Source: a virus (lineage: Duplodnaviria > Caudoviricetes). From it: DNA of 42,019 nt. The notes under the pieces were generated by a model. It saw nothing but the letters and a program-made list of their open reading frames with translations. It had not been told where the DNA came from and made no database searches. The translations under genes and the position numbers were made by a program. The DNA is taken from positions 1 to 42,019 of IMG/VR virus record IMGVR_UViG_3300017913_002507, one strand, 5' to 3'. Position 1 is the stretch's first letter; each line of letters begins with the position of its first letter. Shown here one piece after another: positions 16,939 through 27,536 of this stretch.

Positions 16939-19818
16939 ATGGCAAAAACTCCCGAACAGGAAAAACTTGAAACTTTAAAAGAACTCAGAAAAGAATTTTC
17001 TGCTTATAGAAAAGAATATGAGTCTCTTTCTGGTAAAAAAATGCCTGACCCTTTTCCCAATGAAAGTTTACAACAACTTATCAAAAGATTAGGTGGTGTA
17101 GATAATGCACTGGCTGCAATGTCTAGCCAAGTTAGATTTGTAAATAAAGAAATAAATGCTCTCGATACTAGCTTTGATGGAGTTAAGTCCATTTTAAGAG
17201 ACATAAATAGAGAGTTAGATATACAAGAAGATAACCTTAAAAAAACTAAACAGTCATACGGTAAAATCAGAGGTGTTGTAGGAGAATTAGAATACGTTAC
17301 AGCAGACATTACTGAATATACTAAAGAGGATTTACGTAATCTTGCTAAGAAAAACAAACGAGCTTTTACAGGTTTAAGAATAAAGAAAGAGGAACTTAAA
17401 GCTGAGATTGACCGAGAAAAAGGTAGTTTAACTTATGCTCAAATTAGAGCTGGCTTCGGAGGAAAAGAGTTAAAGCAAAAATTAGAGTTATTAGGATTAG
17501 CGGAAGACGAACTTGCATTAGAAGAACGTATAAATGCAAATATCGAACAACAACTAGGTAGAATTGATAATATCAACAGTGCTTTCGGGCCTTTGAGTAA
17601 GTCATTACTTGGTGTAGGAGGTTTATTAGGTAAACTAGGTTTCGATAAATTTGCAGGCGTTTTTAAGGACGCAGAAGAAAAAATGAAAGGTGTTGCTGCA
17701 GAAGTAACTAATGCCGGAAAAAATGCCAAAGGTCTTTTAGGTTCATTTAAAGTTTTAACTGCTGGTTTAAAAACAGTGTTTGGAAAAGCTGGATTACTTG
17801 CTCTAGGTGCAAGTCTCATCGGAGCAGCTGTTAAACAGTTCAACCATGTAGATCACGTTGTTTCGAATGTAGGTAAAACTTTAGGACTTAACAACCAAGA
17901 AGCAGTTAGGTTTACTGCTAATTTAAAATCAGCTTCAGGAGCTGCAGAATCTAGTTTAGTAAATTTTGATAGAGTTGCAGAAGCCCAACTTCAAATCAAC
18001 GAAGCTATGGGAACTAGAGTTCAGTTGGGTAAAGACGAACTCATTAACTCCACATTCTTAGCTCAGGCAGTTGGACTACAAGGTGATGAATTGGCAAACG
18101 CCTATAAATCTTCTGTTTTACTAGGTGTCTCTCAAGAAGAAATGTACGACACTGTTGTTGCTAGTAACGACACTATTTTTAGTTCATTAGATCTTTTTAA
18201 AGAAGCAGCTGGGGTAACCGGTCAGATAGCAGCTAACTTAGGTAATAATCCTGCTACTATAGCTAAAGCAGTGGGACAAGCTAAAAGGTTAGGGATCAAT
18301 CTTGAAACTGCTAGAGACATGGCTGCAGGTAGCCTAGATTTCGAAAGTAGTTTAGCTGCGGAAATGGAAGCTCAAGTTCTAACAGGTAAAGCATTAAATT
18401 TTAACAGAGCTAGAGAATTAGCATTTCAGAATGATATAGTTGGAGCAGCTGAGGAAATGTTGACCCAAGTCGGTTCCTTAGAGAGTTTTCAAAACCAAAA
18501 CTATCTGGCACAACAATCAATGGCTGATGCTGTAGGGTTAACTGTTGACCAACTTGCCGATCAATTAAAAGAGGCAGAACTTAACAGACAAATATCTGCA
18601 AGAGCAGCAAAAGAAGGTTTAACTTTTGAAGAGGCAAGACTTAAACAGTTAGATGAAAATAGGACTTTAGGGGAAACTATAAAAGATATTTTCACTAAGA
18701 TTGGGGACATATTAGGTGGTGTGATGATGAAACCACTTAAACTTATAAGAGGGTTACTTTACGATACTGGAAACACTACAGATGCTATAGCCACCTACTT
18801 TAAAGATGTGGCAAGTTCAATTGGGGAAGCAGTAAAACCTGCATTGGGTCTTTCTAGTTCCACTGGAGATGTGAAAAAACAGTTAGCTTCGGTCGTACCT
18901 GATGCTAAAAATTTAGGTAGAGCAATCGGTAATGCAGTAAAGTTTGCAATTAATCTTGGCAAGACTGTTAAAGATTTCTTTGCCAGTGAAGCATTTGAAA
19001 AAGTATCAGGCTTTTTAACCTCAAAAGGAGGTAAGATTACTCTAGGTGTTGCTGGAGTTGCTACCGCAATTGGAGCAGGGCTGGAAAAAATGAGAGGTAC
19101 TGAAGCATTACCCATGGTTGTAACATTCGGTAAATCAGCTGGCAATATGCTAGCAAACTTTTTGAACCCTAAAACCAAAGGTCCGAAAACCACCAGTACA
19201 TTAAGCAAGGTTGGTTCTACTATATCAGGGGGTATCAAAAATTTAGGTGCCAAACTAGGATCAGTAATGATGAAAATACCTGGTGCTGATGCAGTAGCTA
19301 AAGGAGCAGGAGCGGTAATGAAAGGTGGTAAAAATGTAATAGGTAAAATAGCTGGTTCCGGACTAGCAAAAGGATTAGGTAAAGTTGCAACAAAAGGCTT
19401 TTTAAAACGTATACCCATACTAGGTTCATTAGTCGGTGTAGGGTATGCAGTTAAAAGATTAACCGAAGGTGATTATGCAGGAGCAGCAATGGAAGCAGGT
19501 TCTGCCGGGTTAGGTTTATTAGACTTAGTTGCTCCAGGTGTAGGAACAGGTTTATCATTGGCAGCTGATACAGCAATAGCAGCAAGAGATGCTGGAGCTT
19601 TCGGAGGTTCACAACCCACACCGTTAGCAACTGGAGGTATTGTACAAAAGCCTACTAATACACTTATTGGAGAAGCAGGTGCAGAAGCAGTAATACCACT
19701 GAATGAATTTTACGCTAAAATGGACGAACTTATAAAAGTTGTTTCACAAGGTGGTAACGTAATGTTAGATGGAGTAAAAGTAGGAAATACTTTATCTATG
19801 GCATCATACAAACTTTAA
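16939..19818 (+). CDS. tail tape measure protein
   Basis: 959 aa, Ala/Gly/Lys-rich and helical, C-terminal LATGGIV..P...LIGEAGAEAVIPL motif; canonical position. Confidence 0.88.
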   Translation: MAKTPEQEKLETLKELRKEFSAYRKEYESLSGKKMPDPFPNESLQQLIKRLGGVDNALAAMSSQVRFVNKEINALDTSFDGVKSILRDINRELDIQEDNLKKTKQSYGKIRGVVGELEYVTADITEYTKEDLRNLAKKNKRAFTGLRIKKEELKAEIDREKGSLTYAQIRAGFGGKELKQKLELLGLAEDELALEERINANIEQQLGRIDNINSAFGPLSKSLLGVGGLLGKLGFDKFAGVFKDAEEKMKGVAAEVTNAGKNAKGLLGSFKVLTAGLKTVFGKAGLLALGASLIGAAVKQFNHVDHVVSNVGKTLGLNNQEAVRFTANLKSASGAAESSLVNFDRVAEAQLQINEAMGTRVQLGKDELINSTFLAQAVGLQGDELANAYKSSVLLGVSQEEMYDTVVASNDTIFSSLDLFKEAAGVTGQIAANLGNNPATIAKAVGQAKRLGINLETARDMAAGSLDFESSLAAEMEAQVLTGKALNFNRARELAFQNDIVGAAEEMLTQVGSLESFQNQNYLAQQSMADAVGLTVDQLADQLKEAELNRQISARAAKEGLTFEEARLKQLDENRTLGETIKDIFTKIGDILGGVMMKPLKLIRGLLYDTGNTTDAIATYFKDVASSIGEAVKPALGLSSSTGDVKKQLASVVPDAKNLGRAIGNAVKFAINLGKTVKDFFASEAFEKVSGFLTSKGGKITLGVAGVATAIGAGLEKMRGTEALPMVVTFGKSAGNMLANFLNPKTKGPKTTSTLSKVGSTISGGIKNLGAKLGSVMMKIPGADAVAKGAGAVMKGGKNVIGKIAGSGLAKGLGKVATKGFLKRIPILGSLVGVGYAVKRLTEGDYAGAAMEAGSAGLGLLDLVAPGVGTGLSLAADTAIAARDAGAFGGSQPTPLATGGIVQKPTNTLIGEAGAEAVIPLNEFYAKMDELIKVVSQGGNVMLDGVKVGNTLSMASYKL

Positions 19819-19826
19819 TATTTATA
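19819..19826 (+). promoter_or_regulatory. TATTTATA motif (putative late promoter)
   Basis: Directly after the tape measure stop and upstream of ATG 19840. Confidence 0.6.
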
Positions 19827-19839
19827 ATAAATTAAAATT

Positions 19840-20031
19840 ATGGGAATTCTTAAAAATCAATTAGGTTCAAATTTAGGACTAAAAGGAGAAACTCCAGCTA
19901 AAAGAGAAGGTGCATTAAATACTTCTCAACTACATGCTCAAGGTACTCCTTCTGCAATGAAAGCAGATCACTCTACATTAGACTTAGACGGACAAACTCC
20001 AGAAAGATATTTGGATAATCCTCCTGCTTAA
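19840..20031 (+). CDS. small hypothetical virion-module protein
   Basis: 63 aa, preceded by the motif, TAATG-coupled to the next gene; LDLDG.TP..YLDNPP end. Confidence 0.65.
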   Translation: MGILKNQLGSNLGLKGETPAKREGALNTSQLHAQGTPSAMKADHSTLDLDGQTPERYLDNPPA

Positions 20032-21362
20032 TGGGATTAATAGACCTGCAAACTAATTTAGCTTCACTTAAGTTCGGAAGCAACAAACCTATCATACGTC
20101 ATGAAATGGGTAATACTATTTCTCCGGCTGATGCTAGAGCGGACGATGTTAAGAGACTAGCTGGTATTCTAACTAGAGCACCAGGTTTAAAGTTTGCAGC
20201 AAATCAATCTTTATTACAATCAGCTAAGATTGGTTCAGCAGTTGGTAATAAGTTAGCTAGCGGAGGTACACTTGCTGGTGCAGTATTGGCTGGTGTTGGA
20301 CAAGCAGTTAAAGGTGCCGTAGGTGCTGGACTATTTTTATCAGCAAATGCTAGAAGAGCAGGTACTGGTTACCATGGCATTAACCCTACTGTTGCTAATA
20401 GTTACCTTAAAGCTGGTAAAGACGACCAAACCGGTCAGCAAGAAGGTTTTTTAGGTGCTATACAAGCAGTTCAAAACACTATAAGTAACGTAGCACAGGC
20501 TATAGGAGCTCAAAGTTCAAATTATCATGCAGGTAAGGAAATTTTAGGAGGAGCTCAGAACGTAGAGTTTTCACCTGCTAATGGAGACCTATACAAATCA
20601 GACGGTAAAGATCAAGGTACATCTCAAATAAAGGTAAACGGTGAAAGTACCGTAGTTAGATCAAAGGCATATAAAAACTTTGATGATCCGGTTGACGATA
20701 AAGTAAAATATCTTGAAAATCAAAAAATTAAAGATAACCAATTACCTAACTACTATAAAGAAGGACTTGGAGATTCATTACAAATGACCAAGCCATTAAC
20801 TGAAGCTCTAGGAGTAGAAGATGAGGATATAATACCTTTCATATTTAATTTTTACACCCCTGGAAGTGAAACAGATAGTTTTCTTTATTTTAGAGCTCTG
20901 TTGGATAATTTATCTGATAATTACAGTGCTACTTGGAGTGGTGTAAAATATGTAGGTAGAGCAGAAGAGTTTTATAATTACTCTGGTTTTGGACGTACTA
21001 TGAGTTTCGGTTTTAAAGCAGCAGCTTTTTCAAAAAACGAACTTAGACCTCTTTACGATAAACTAAACTTTCTAGTAGGTGGTACAGCACCGACTTATAA
21101 TGATGAAGGGTTGTTTATGAGAGGAACTATACTTAAATTAACTATAGGAGACTACATAAAAGAACAAGATGGGTTTTTATCCTCAGTTTCTCTTTCTTGG
21201 AACACAGATTACCAGTGGGAAATAGATAAAGATTCTTTAAGAGTACCTCATATGTTAGACGTAACTTGTGAGTTTACTCCAATACATAAATTTAATCCTC
21301 AATTTGGAAATGAAAGATTAAGATTTATGGGTAATAATGAACAACAAAGCGTGCAAGCGTAA
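20031..21362 (+). CDS. baseplate / tail tube initiator-like protein
   Basis: C-terminal tube-like domain (FRA.L..LSD.Y.A.W....Y.GR.E..Y.Y.GF.R..SF.F, LTIGD, P....V...FTPI). Confidence 0.65.
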   Translation: MGLIDLQTNLASLKFGSNKPIIRHEMGNTISPADARADDVKRLAGILTRAPGLKFAANQSLLQSAKIGSAVGNKLASGGTLAGAVLAGVGQAVKGAVGAGLFLSANARRAGTGYHGINPTVANSYLKAGKDDQTGQQEGFLGAIQAVQNTISNVAQAIGAQSSNYHAGKEILGGAQNVEFSPANGDLYKSDGKDQGTSQIKVNGESTVVRSKAYKNFDDPVDDKVKYLENQKIKDNQLPNYYKEGLGDSLQMTKPLTEALGVEDEDIIPFIFNFYTPGSETDSFLYFRALLDNLSDNYSATWSGVKYVGRAEEFYNYSGFGRTMSFGFKAAAFSKNELRPLYDKLNFLVGGTAPTYNDEGLFMRGTILKLTIGDYIKEQDGFLSSVSLSWNTDYQWEIDKDSLRVPHMLDVTCEFTPIHKFNPQFGNERLRFMGNNEQQSVQA

Positions 21363-21667
21363 TGGCTGATAGATATTTACAAAACCAGGAACTTAAATCT
21401 GCAGGAGGTAGACGTTATAGAATTAACTCTATCTACCCTAATGTACCTGCTACAGCTAATGATACCTACATTATTACTACAGGAGGGGATAGATACGATA
21501 CTCTAGCTCTTCAATTTTATAAAGATCAATCGTTATGGTGGATTATAGCGGCAGCTAATAATTCTAAAAAAGACAGTCTAGCTGTTGAACCTGGAATTCA
21601 ATTACGCATACCAGCTAATCCATCTGCTGTGGTGAGTGAATATAACAGGTTAAACGAGATTAGATAA
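21362..21667 (+). CDS. LysM-like baseplate wedge protein (gp53/tail X-like)
   Basis: YIITTGGDRYDTLALQFYKDQSLWWIIAAAN..G.QLRIP. Confidence 0.8.
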   Translation: MADRYLQNQELKSAGGRRYRINSIYPNVPATANDTYIITTGGDRYDTLALQFYKDQSLWWIIAAANNSKKDSLAVEPGIQLRIPANPSAVVSEYNRLNEIR

Positions 21668-23736
21668 TGCCAATAGGAAATTCTATACCGCAATCACTTG
21701 CAGACGCAATCAGGCAAAGAGAAAGCTTTAAATCTAGTGAAAATAAAACACCGGACATTTTAAAGTATGCCAAAGGGCGTTCATCTTTCTGTGTTGTAAG
21801 ATCAATAGTAAAGGTAAACGGTTCTTACGACTTAGCAAAATCAGCAGTACTTTCTTCCGGAATAGGTTTAGAAGGTAGATCAGGTATAGATAGAGAGGCA
21901 AATAAAAATCTATCTAACTCAGATGCTGCTTACTATCAATCAGACGTATACGGTTTTAGACCTATGCCAGGTATAACTAATGTCAATTCTTCTGTAATTG
22001 GAGGAATGGGTGCAGTTAGAAAGACAGTTATATCTTTTCAAGCAAACTCAGTAGAAGATTTAGATGTACTTAATAAAGTTTATATGACGTTTGGTGCATT
22101 GGTAGTAGTAGAATTTGGTCATACAGTCTACATAGATAAAAGTGGGAACGTTAAAACAATGACACTGGGAGATTTAGTACCTAACGATACTATTTTTGCT
22201 TCGACTCCTAACTATAAAAAAATACGTCAAGACTTACTTAAAAACACTGAAACAAAAAACCATAACTATGAAGGTTATATTGGAAAGGTAACCAACTTTA
22301 ATTTTAGTGTAACTAATGAGGGTACTTACAACTGTGATATTACGTTGTACTCTATGAGTCAAGTTACAGACAGCTTATCTATACCAGGTGTTGTAGACAA
22401 TGTAAGTAACTTTAAAACAGCAACACAAGAAGGTGAAGCAGAAGCTAATGCAGTCGAAGAGGTAAGTAATCTAGTTGGTTTAGTTACCAGCCGGGTAAAA
22501 AATTTTAATGCAAGAGAAGGTAAAGTACCTGTAAGCGAAGTCTTAGATGATTCTAATGTTAAACTGTCTAGTCTCTCATCTAAGTTCAAAGGTGAGCATT
22601 TTTATATCTCACGTAATACATCAACACCTCCAGAAGGTGATGCAGGTCCCGTAGACGGAGGAACTCATTTAGTTGCTTTTACAACATTAAGATTTTGGAT
22701 GAAGTTATTCAATATCTATGCAATGCCTCGTAGAAAAGACGATGTACTATTAAGACTTGACACCGGTGGTCAACCTTACACCTCATTTGGTAAGCATTTT
22801 ACCCTCAACCCTGGAATGGTTCAATTACCTAAAAAATCTTCAATAAAAGAGTTTAACGTTACTTCAGGTGAAGGGTATTTGAGAGGTAACCAACTTACTG
22901 AAACTCAAACTCCAGATGGAGGTTCATATAATATATTAGATATCAAAGTTTCATTAGACCTTATTAAACAGGTTAATGACAAGTTCATAGGACTCACACC
23001 TAAAAAAGCAGATGAAATAGGATTAACAGATTTTTTAGAGGAGTTAATTCAACAGGTTCAAAAATATCTTGGTGACATAAATACATTTGTACTAGCTACA
23101 GAACCTCGTTCTGAGGATTTAGCTATTTACGATAGATTGAGAGGTCAACAAAAAGGTGCTTTACTTAACCTTACAGGTTTGAGCACAACCGTTACAGATG
23201 TTTCTATAAAATCTAACATTTCTAACCGCATGGCTACCGCAGCTATGTTTAGTAAAAAAGGTGGTAAAACCTCAACAGGTATTGATAAGTATAACACAGA
23301 TGGTAAAACTGAAGCACCTATTTCTGGTGATGCTTCACAGACCAATGTAAGAACTTCTGATGATGATGAAAAAGCAGATGATGCTCAAGCTGGTACTAAA
23401 TCAATAGAAGATATTCTAAAGGATAAATTTGAAGCTTGGAATAGAGGTCAAGATAATACTTTTGAATCTTGTATTGATGCTTCTAGACAGTACCTTAAAA
23501 ATCTAAGAGGTACAAGAAGGGTAGGTAAATTTAATGCAGTACCAGTTGACTTATCGATTACAATGTTAGGGACTGGAGGATTTAGAAACCTTGAAACTTT
23601 TACCATACCGGATCACCTACTTCCTACGAGATTTGGAAATAAAAACTTTATCATAACCAACGTAGAACAGACTATAGATTCGTCAACTTCCAATTGGCAA
23701 ACCACTATAACTGGAATGCTTAAACCACCATCATAA
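21667..23736 (+). CDS. putative baseplate hub protein
   Basis: Follows the LysM-like gene; RPMPGIT, VEFG, G.VTNF.F, and C-terminal LSITMLG..G..F.I..LP..F.IT.V.Q.I...W.TTI. Confidence 0.6.
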   Translation: MPIGNSIPQSLADAIRQRESFKSSENKTPDILKYAKGRSSFCVVRSIVKVNGSYDLAKSAVLSSGIGLEGRSGIDREANKNLSNSDAAYYQSDVYGFRPMPGITNVNSSVIGGMGAVRKTVISFQANSVEDLDVLNKVYMTFGALVVVEFGHTVYIDKSGNVKTMTLGDLVPNDTIFASTPNYKKIRQDLLKNTETKNHNYEGYIGKVTNFNFSVTNEGTYNCDITLYSMSQVTDSLSIPGVVDNVSNFKTATQEGEAEANAVEEVSNLVGLVTSRVKNFNAREGKVPVSEVLDDSNVKLSSLSSKFKGEHFYISRNTSTPPEGDAGPVDGGTHLVAFTTLRFWMKLFNIYAMPRRKDDVLLRLDTGGQPYTSFGKHFTLNPGMVQLPKKSSIKEFNVTSGEGYLRGNQLTETQTPDGGSYNILDIKVSLDLIKQVNDKFIGLTPKKADEIGLTDFLEELIQQVQKYLGDINTFVLATEPRSEDLAIYDRLRGQQKGALLNLTGLSTTVTDVSIKSNISNRMATAAMFSKKGGKTSTGIDKYNTDGKTEAPISGDASQTNVRTSDDDEKADDAQAGTKSIEDILKDKFEAWNRGQDNTFESCIDASRQYLKNLRGTRRVGKFNAVPVDLSITMLGTGGFRNLETFTIPDHLLPTRFGNKNFIITNVEQTIDSSTSNWQTTITGMLKPPS

Positions 23737-24557
23737 TGATACCACTATATCTACCAGAACATAAAAAAAAGAAGTTAGATAAACTAGGTAAATTAATTGA
23801 TGCTGCCTCTGGTTTAGCTTTTTTGGGTAAATTCTTTCAGAATCATCTAGGTCAATTTTTCAAAGGAGATAGATTAGATGAGAATAGCGAACCTTTAATC
23901 TTCATTCCTGATGAAAAAGAAGAAGATGCTAGAGAGTTATTTGATAGATTTCCAGTACCGACTGATAAACAATATGCAAAAGGTATCTCAAAAAGATATT
24001 TTGTAAAAGATATACCTTCAGGTAAAGTAGTAGAGTTAGATAAAAACAACTATTTTAAACAGAAGAGAGAAGGTAAACCATATAGAAAGTTTTTTAGTTT
24101 GGATTGGAATATTACCGGTAATCTAGAAGATCAAACTATTAATGGTTTTGCTGCAGAAGGTTTAAAAAGTAAAAATCAAAAAGTTATAGAGGATGCTGCA
24201 AAGCAACTACCGGGTATTGAAAACGTTCTTAAACCTGATCAGTTAGCACAGCAATCTATAGCAGAAAGCGAAGCAGATAGATTAGGTGCACAATCAATAA
24301 CTGGATTAGAAACCAAACCTGACCAGTTTGTTATTGCAGGTACTGGAGTTAAATATAATGGACCTTACCATATTCACCCAACAATGGGTCCAATGGTAGG
24401 AGCAAGACACACTGCTGCTGAACATCCTAAATTAGTTTTCGTTGGTAGTAAAGAAGATATGCCAAGAGAGGTACTTAACCAGCAACAGTATGCTGAAACT
24501 AAATCAGTAGTAGCTTCAGGAAATCAATATACAGGAGGTACTTTAGTACGATCATAG
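23736..24557 (+). CDS. hypothetical protein (end of tail/baseplate module)
   Basis: TAATG-coupled; PT..QY.KG...RYFVK and C-terminal YNGPYHIH..GPMVGARH. Confidence 0.6.
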   Translation: MIPLYLPEHKKKKLDKLGKLIDAASGLAFLGKFFQNHLGQFFKGDRLDENSEPLIFIPDEKEEDARELFDRFPVPTDKQYAKGISKRYFVKDIPSGKVVELDKNNYFKQKREGKPYRKFFSLDWNITGNLEDQTINGFAAEGLKSKNQKVIEDAAKQLPGIENVLKPDQLAQQSIAESEADRLGAQSITGLETKPDQFVIAGTGVKYNGPYHIHPTMGPMVGARHTAAEHPKLVFVGSKEDMPREVLNQQQYAETKSVVASGNQYTGGTLVRS

Positions 24558-24602
24558 TTTGCTCATACGAATAATTTTTCTATATTTTAGAAAAGGTTAT
24601 TA

Positions 24603-25928
24603 GTGTTTTATATAGTAGAGCAGCAAAATAAGGTAGATAAACTTCAAGAATTAATTTCTGATGGTGCATACGTAGATGTTATTTCATCTAACGATTTATA
24701 CCATCCTAAGTTAGCTTCTACTGTTGCAGTTTATATCAAAGACTTACAAACTCAAAATGGATACATAATTCCTATTGCTCATGACGAAGGGTTGAATGTA
24801 CCAAAAGAACGTATCTATGAGCTTCTAAAGTCATGTAAAACACTTTATACACCTAATAAAAAAGACTTACTCTACCACTTTAATCTACAAGGAGCAATTG
24901 ATATATCGTTACTTTATTCAATGGTGAAATACGAGAGGTTAGAATATGCAAGAGAAACGAACACTGTAAATCATTTTTACAATAAATTCAGAGACTTTCA
25001 TGCGATAAATCAAATTATTCCTATTTCAAAATTATTTGAAGCATGTGAAAAAACATTTGATAAGTTAAAAGAAGTAATTGAATTAGATAGACCAGAAGGT
25101 TTTGAATTTTATAATACGACTGCTACTAATGTTTTCTTTTTATTAGAGCAATCTGGACTAGGAATACACTACGATGGGTTTGTTGAGATGTTTAATCCAA
25201 GGAATCCACTCTATAACGTAGTAAATAACACAGTTTTAACTTCATACAATTTATACAATGTTACATCCAGACCTACTAATGCTTTTAATAGCGTTAATTT
25301 CGCTGCAATACCAAAATCTGAACAACATAGAAAAGTTTTCAGACCTCAAAACGACCAGTTTGTTGAGTTTGATTTTGACGGTTATCACTTGCGTCTACTT
25401 TGCGATGAGATTGAGCATGCGTTGACTGACGAATCCGCACACAAACAACTTGCAAGACTTTATTTTGACAAAGATAACATAACAGAAGAAGAATATGCCG
25501 AAGCTAAACAAATTAACTTTCACGCAATTTATGGCAAGATCCCAGAGAAATGGGCACACCTTCCAATCTTTACAAAAATTGCTAACTATATCGGAGACCT
25601 TTGGAGACGATTTGAAGATGACGGAAAAATCCTGGCACCGATTTCTGGAAAAGTATTTGACAGAGGATTAAAAGACATGCATCCTCAAAAGTTAATGAAT
25701 TATGTGATGCAGTCGTTGGAGACATCAAGAAATATTCTTATCTTAAAAGATGTATTAAGGTTTCTTAAGGATAAGAAAACTAAATTAGTTCTATACACGT
25801 ACGATGCCTTACTATTTGACTTTGATAAATCAGATGGCAAGGAAACATTGGAGAACTTAAAGGAAATATTAGAATCTGGTGGTAAATTTCCAGTAAAATT
25901 TAAGTTTTCGAAAGATTTAGTGTTATAG
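24603..25928 (+). CDS. compact, divergent family A DNA polymerase-like protein
   Basis: TSRPTN (T.R.S-like), motif A VEFDFDGYHLRLL, motif B AKQINFHAIYG, NYVMQS, motif C YTYDALLFD; GTG start. Confidence 0.8.
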   Translation: MFYIVEQQNKVDKLQELISDGAYVDVISSNDLYHPKLASTVAVYIKDLQTQNGYIIPIAHDEGLNVPKERIYELLKSCKTLYTPNKKDLLYHFNLQGAIDISLLYSMVKYERLEYARETNTVNHFYNKFRDFHAINQIIPISKLFEACEKTFDKLKEVIELDRPEGFEFYNTTATNVFFLLEQSGLGIHYDGFVEMFNPRNPLYNVVNNTVLTSYNLYNVTSRPTNAFNSVNFAAIPKSEQHRKVFRPQNDQFVEFDFDGYHLRLLCDEIEHALTDESAHKQLARLYFDKDNITEEEYAEAKQINFHAIYGKIPEKWAHLPIFTKIANYIGDLWRRFEDDGKILAPISGKVFDRGLKDMHPQKLMNYVMQSLETSRNILILKDVLRFLKDKKTKLVLYTYDALLFDFDKSDGKETLENLKEILESGGKFPVKFKFSKDLVL

Positions 25929-25939
25929 ATTTAAAACGA

Positions 25940-25947
25940 TATTTATA
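25940..25947 (+). promoter_or_regulatory. TATTTATA motif
   Basis: Intergenic copy abutting ATG 25949; the real start may be a later ATG (MSNKLFCTF). Confidence 0.45.
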
Positions 25948-25948
25948 T

Positions 25949-26404
25949 ATGATAGAATACGTTACACAGCCGGCCTTTGATTATGATATAGAGCCGATAC
26001 ACTTTAATGAGGATATGAGCAACAAATTGTTCTGTACTTTTGCAACAGAAGAAACACTAGATCAGGTGTTATCTGAAATTCAAGATAGGTACAAAATTAT
26101 ATACAACAAGATATTTGTCCTGTACTCCAAATCACAGGATGAATACATCTGTACCTATAATGTAGATTTTGGTAACATAGGAACTTTTCTAGAAAACACA
26201 ATATTGGTGCATCGTAAGAAGGAATCTAATACACTTTATACGATTAATGCACTTAACACACTTATAAAAGAACTTAACGGAGGTACTTTAGATACATCTT
26301 ACCGAGTAAATTGGCCAGATTATAGAAATTGCATTCTGTTAACCAAAGGCCCTGAACTTAAGAGAGTAAATACCAAGTTATATAAAATTATTGAACTAAA
26401 TTAG
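25949..26404 (+). CDS. hypothetical phage protein
   Basis: 151-aa ORF; NKLFCTF, TYNVD, HRKKESNTLYTINALN. Confidence 0.75.
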   Translation: MIEYVTQPAFDYDIEPIHFNEDMSNKLFCTFATEETLDQVLSEIQDRYKIIYNKIFVLYSKSQDEYICTYNVDFGNIGTFLENTILVHRKKESNTLYTINALNTLIKELNGGTLDTSYRVNWPDYRNCILLTKGPELKRVNTKLYKIIELN

Positions 26405-26406
26405 TA

Positions 26407-27471
26407 GTGCTAGTTAAAGTAGGTTTTGGCACACATGAGGTAGTTTTTCAAACACTTGATTCACCCATTACTAATATATGGGCTGAATGTCTTAACAAGT
26501 GGAACAATTTAAACATACCTACAAAAACTCAGACCATTGTTGCTCCATTCTTCGGCACTGCAGATACGTATACTGAGAAATACATTGTTGATAATATTAA
26601 CAAGGCAATTGATGATGCTAACAGTTTTATAAAAGGAAAAAAGTTTCCTTATAAAGCTTATCTTGATATGCCTTGGCAGCAGACTAATTTACTACATAGG
26701 TGTTTTACAACTGCCGACATTGGTAGAATAAATTGGAAACATAATTTTAACTTTAACCAGCTGCTTAAAGGCAAAAAAGAATCTTACCGAGACAAACATT
26801 TATTTTTACAAGGAAACTCAGACAAGGAATATACAATTTCAGACGAAGTTCAGTTTGAGGAAGCTATACATAGAGTTAATAAATGGGTGCACCATTACGA
26901 GGATCTACGGGTCAGTGGTCGATCCAAAAGACTTTTTGACAACCACATCAAGAAAGCACATAACTGGCATTATTCAGTATTAGAAATAGAATGGGACAAT
27001 TACGATCCTAGTGGTATGAGAGAGTGGCACGGAGTGTCTAGAGTATCTTATAACGATCTTAAAACCACACATTCACTATCTAATGCAAATTCTTGTAATA
27101 TTTTTATCAGTGTCAATATTACAGGAAAAGACTATGAGACATCATACTACAATTATGATGATCTCTTAGAATACGATACTACCAATCTTGACTTAGTTAA
27201 CGGTGGGGTACGTATCTATAACTCTAGTTACTTAGATTACCTATACGGTAAAAATGGAGAAATTAGTAACTTAGCATTAGATTTAGGTATAGACCTCGAT
27301 CTTGTTAAACCTGTTCCTTTAGGTCGGGTGGTAAAATCGAACGTTGATTATTCTAAGATATCATACAGTGACACAGATCTCTACACAGACGGTACCCCAG
27401 CAGCAGAAGGAATTTTCCGCAACCCTACCATCACAATTGTAGATGAAAAAAATTCAAATAACCTTACTTAG
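26407..27471 (+). CDS. hypothetical protein
   Basis: 354-aa ORF with GTG start; no motif recognised. Confidence 0.65.
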   Translation: MLVKVGFGTHEVVFQTLDSPITNIWAECLNKWNNLNIPTKTQTIVAPFFGTADTYTEKYIVDNINKAIDDANSFIKGKKFPYKAYLDMPWQQTNLLHRCFTTADIGRINWKHNFNFNQLLKGKKESYRDKHLFLQGNSDKEYTISDEVQFEEAIHRVNKWVHHYEDLRVSGRSKRLFDNHIKKAHNWHYSVLEIEWDNYDPSGMREWHGVSRVSYNDLKTTHSLSNANSCNIFISVNITGKDYETSYYNYDDLLEYDTTNLDLVNGGVRIYNSSYLDYLYGKNGEISNLALDLGIDLDLVKPVPLGRVVKSNVDYSKISYSDTDLYTDGTPAAEGIFRNPTITIVDEKNSNNLT

Positions 27472-27472
27472 A

Positions 27473-27502
27473 GTTGGTAGAATAATATTTTTACCTTATA
27501 TT
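27473..27502 (+). promoter_or_regulatory. sigma70-like promoter TTGGTA-N17-TATATT
   Basis: TTGGTA 27474-79, TATATT 27497-502, upstream of the SSB gene. Confidence 0.6.
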
Positions 27503-27536
27503 ATATATAAACGTTATATTAAATTAGTTATACACT

